From Raillietiella orientalis (Eukaryota): DNA of 64,000 bases. Below, piece after piece: positions 62,689 through 64,000 of the stretch (the first letter of the stretch is position 1; each line of letters opens with the position of its first letter). The notes under the pieces were generated by a model that had not been told where the DNA came from, made no database searches, and was given only the letters and a program-made list of their open reading frames with translations. Where the stretch lies: the NCBI GenBank assembly GCA_036172245.1, contig JAYWIR010000038.1, positions 1,612,001 to 1,676,000 of the forward strand. Direction: 5' to 3'. Made by a program: the position numbers and the translations under genes.

Positions 62689-64000
62689 TACATACATGTA
62701 CATCGAATGCCCCCAGTCAAAGAGGTTTCATCATCAACAGTGTGCTTGGTCCTCTGCAACCTGGAATCTTCCAGGCACCTGTCCAAGTCTCAGCAGCGGC
62801 AAGTGCATCGGCTTCGACTTCGTTGACCCGTTGAGCCACGTGCCACATGTTTATTCAGTTCCTGATTTCCGCCTCGCTCCAGCTGGATGAGTGAGTCCGA
62901 GGAATGCCTCGTAGTTTTGGACGCCGGCGCCTTGCAGCGTTCGATCGGAAGCACGTGGCCACCGTACAAAAGAAAGCCGCTGCGAACGTGCTCCGTCCCA
63001 AGTCTGCCCAAGCGAACATGCCGAAGAAACGTGATCCACGGACAAGGCGAGCATCGTGCTTCGATCCGGAAATGCGAAGGATGGGGTTGTGCGCAGCGAG
63101 TAGCAGGTGTTTTCTTCCAGGTTCGCAGAGACGACAGTCCTGGACGGTTGCGCAGGCTTTCTGGAGAGAGGGCCGGGCATCGGAGATGTTCCAAGCATGG
63201 CAGGAGGTCCAGCACGCCATGCCTGTTTTCGACATGACGAAGAGGACCACCACCCAACGCGAGAACAAAAGAAAACAGGCATGCGTCATGAAGGACGCCA
63301 CCCGTCAAGAACGGGAGAAAAACAACATCCTCACACGAATTCGGATCTTTCGCTCTTATACTCTCCCATCGCATCTCCCCATCGTGATCGGGGATTTCGT
63401 CAGAGTGTGACCCCTGACATGCGAAAGAGGGGCCTTACTCCTTCGCTGGGGTAGTAGTGCACCGAAGACCACTTGGCCCGGTGCTGAAGCATCGAGACCG
63501 ACGACGACACTGGGTGCATCATGACACGAAAAGGAGTGTTCAGGAGGGTTTGGCTGGACACAATATTGAAAACTGAACAAGAGGTGGCAAAACGGCGATT
63601 CCTTCCTTCCAGCAGACTTCAAGACGACACGCAATGGAATTCGTGAACAAGGCGACTGCCAAAGTTATCAACCACTGCAATCGGTGGCCGGGAAGAAACA
63701 ACACGACTGCGATCCTGGAGATGTGGGTCGCTCCTGCTCTGTACCTATTTTCGACTCAGCATTCACGGGACATCCTGGATGAGCTCCTGCAGTTTTCGCC
63801 CTGCACCCGAACGTCGTTCATCGGTTTCTAGGCAATGCTAAATCTTCAAACTCCTGGGAGGAAGAAAGAGGCAACGAGTTCGAAGGGATACTTTTCAGAT
63901 GAGAGTGGCTGCCGAAAATGGGCAATGCTGTGACAAATGGTAGGAGCAATGAACAATCACTCACTTATCTGCTAGAGCGCCCCCCTCCGTTCTTCCACCG
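55715..64000 (-). repeat. Right arm of large inverted duplication (runs off the window end)
   Basis: Reverse complement of 40429-48761 apart from a few SNPs, a 1-bp indel and the divergent patch at about 57590-57995. Confidence 0.98.
56782..58104 (-). CDS. Cys-rich DUF4789-like protein, copy 2 (440 aa ORF)
   Basis: Mirror of 46324..47694 with a net 48-bp in-frame shortening and clustered substitutions. AATAAA at 56732-56737 (minus strand). Confidence 0.7.
   Translation of the reverse strand: MSLTCATLAGFSGISSLLTSNSLTSNSPQQMDTNATTEIPFVSHPPGDIIIVTEDETVFTPMRSMRGQHHSVWLSQRMDFRRRQTMVSMTGIVNTMFLLTGTAMSCMSAFRSSASEASSDLALLDTFPPSLLFLGQPSLLSSALLVDFFVTSLASIPLPVQGQSDPSDGCPRDQLLSREGGCVMLTSRCGEDSWIVLDADTRFPVCAKRPCPMGLVFVEVMQTCFDPLDADVCRMPGQKAYVTASGTLVCGCSEGFVQDNAGRCHLMFFRGPCDEENVWTVNGTGTPGCSPRVCERPLVPLRGSCVDLQDGSVCGAGGQLVLSMENFALECAVVVGAEAGLPEGQPSHKQGALFETQLLMPCLPGAKRSFNWKCRNSVVPRVQEKSRGRRHVAASLCSPGKFLNSLGRCQDSLSLGRCPSGFARQSPTSKCTYSVGAGFG

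Noticed and set aside
1..64000. Prokaryotic systems (pAgo operon, CRISPR array, retron or DGR)
   Set aside because: The genes have spliceosomal introns, the Ago is a eukaryotic AGO-clade protein, the RTs are non-LTR retrotransposon type, and no regularly spaced repeat-spacer array is visible.

Overview
This is eukaryotic (metazoan, probably arthropod) genomic DNA with very small introns (about 35-85 nt). It alternates AT-rich gene islands with GC-rich blocks of decayed non-LTR retrotransposons. Recognisable genes are a PRAS40/AKT1S1-like gene and eIF3m (convergent, stop codons 5 bp apart), an AGO-clade Argonaute with an intact DEDH tetrad and an RG-rich N-terminus, a calumenin/reticulocalbin (CREC) gene, and two copies of a Cys-rich DUF4789-like ORF. 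The right third of the window is a large, almost perfect inverted duplication (40429-48761 versus 55715-64000, running off the window edge) around a 6953-bp spacer containing the CREC gene. The arms differ mainly in one divergent patch of about 0.4 kb. Other features include a NeSL/Utopia-like RLE retroelement, many L1/Tx1-like remnants (mostly minus strand), a 5' U2 snRNA fragment fused to one of them, a tRNA-headed SINE-like family, hAT and pogo-type MITEs, a recurring tail-to-tail junction motif and a ~1-kb cluster of hairpins. The best candidate for a novel system is an inference only: a slicer Argonaute lying next to an antisense retroelement archive and a potential multi-kb dsRNA source. 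All alignments were done by eye, so TE boundaries and some splice sites are approximate.
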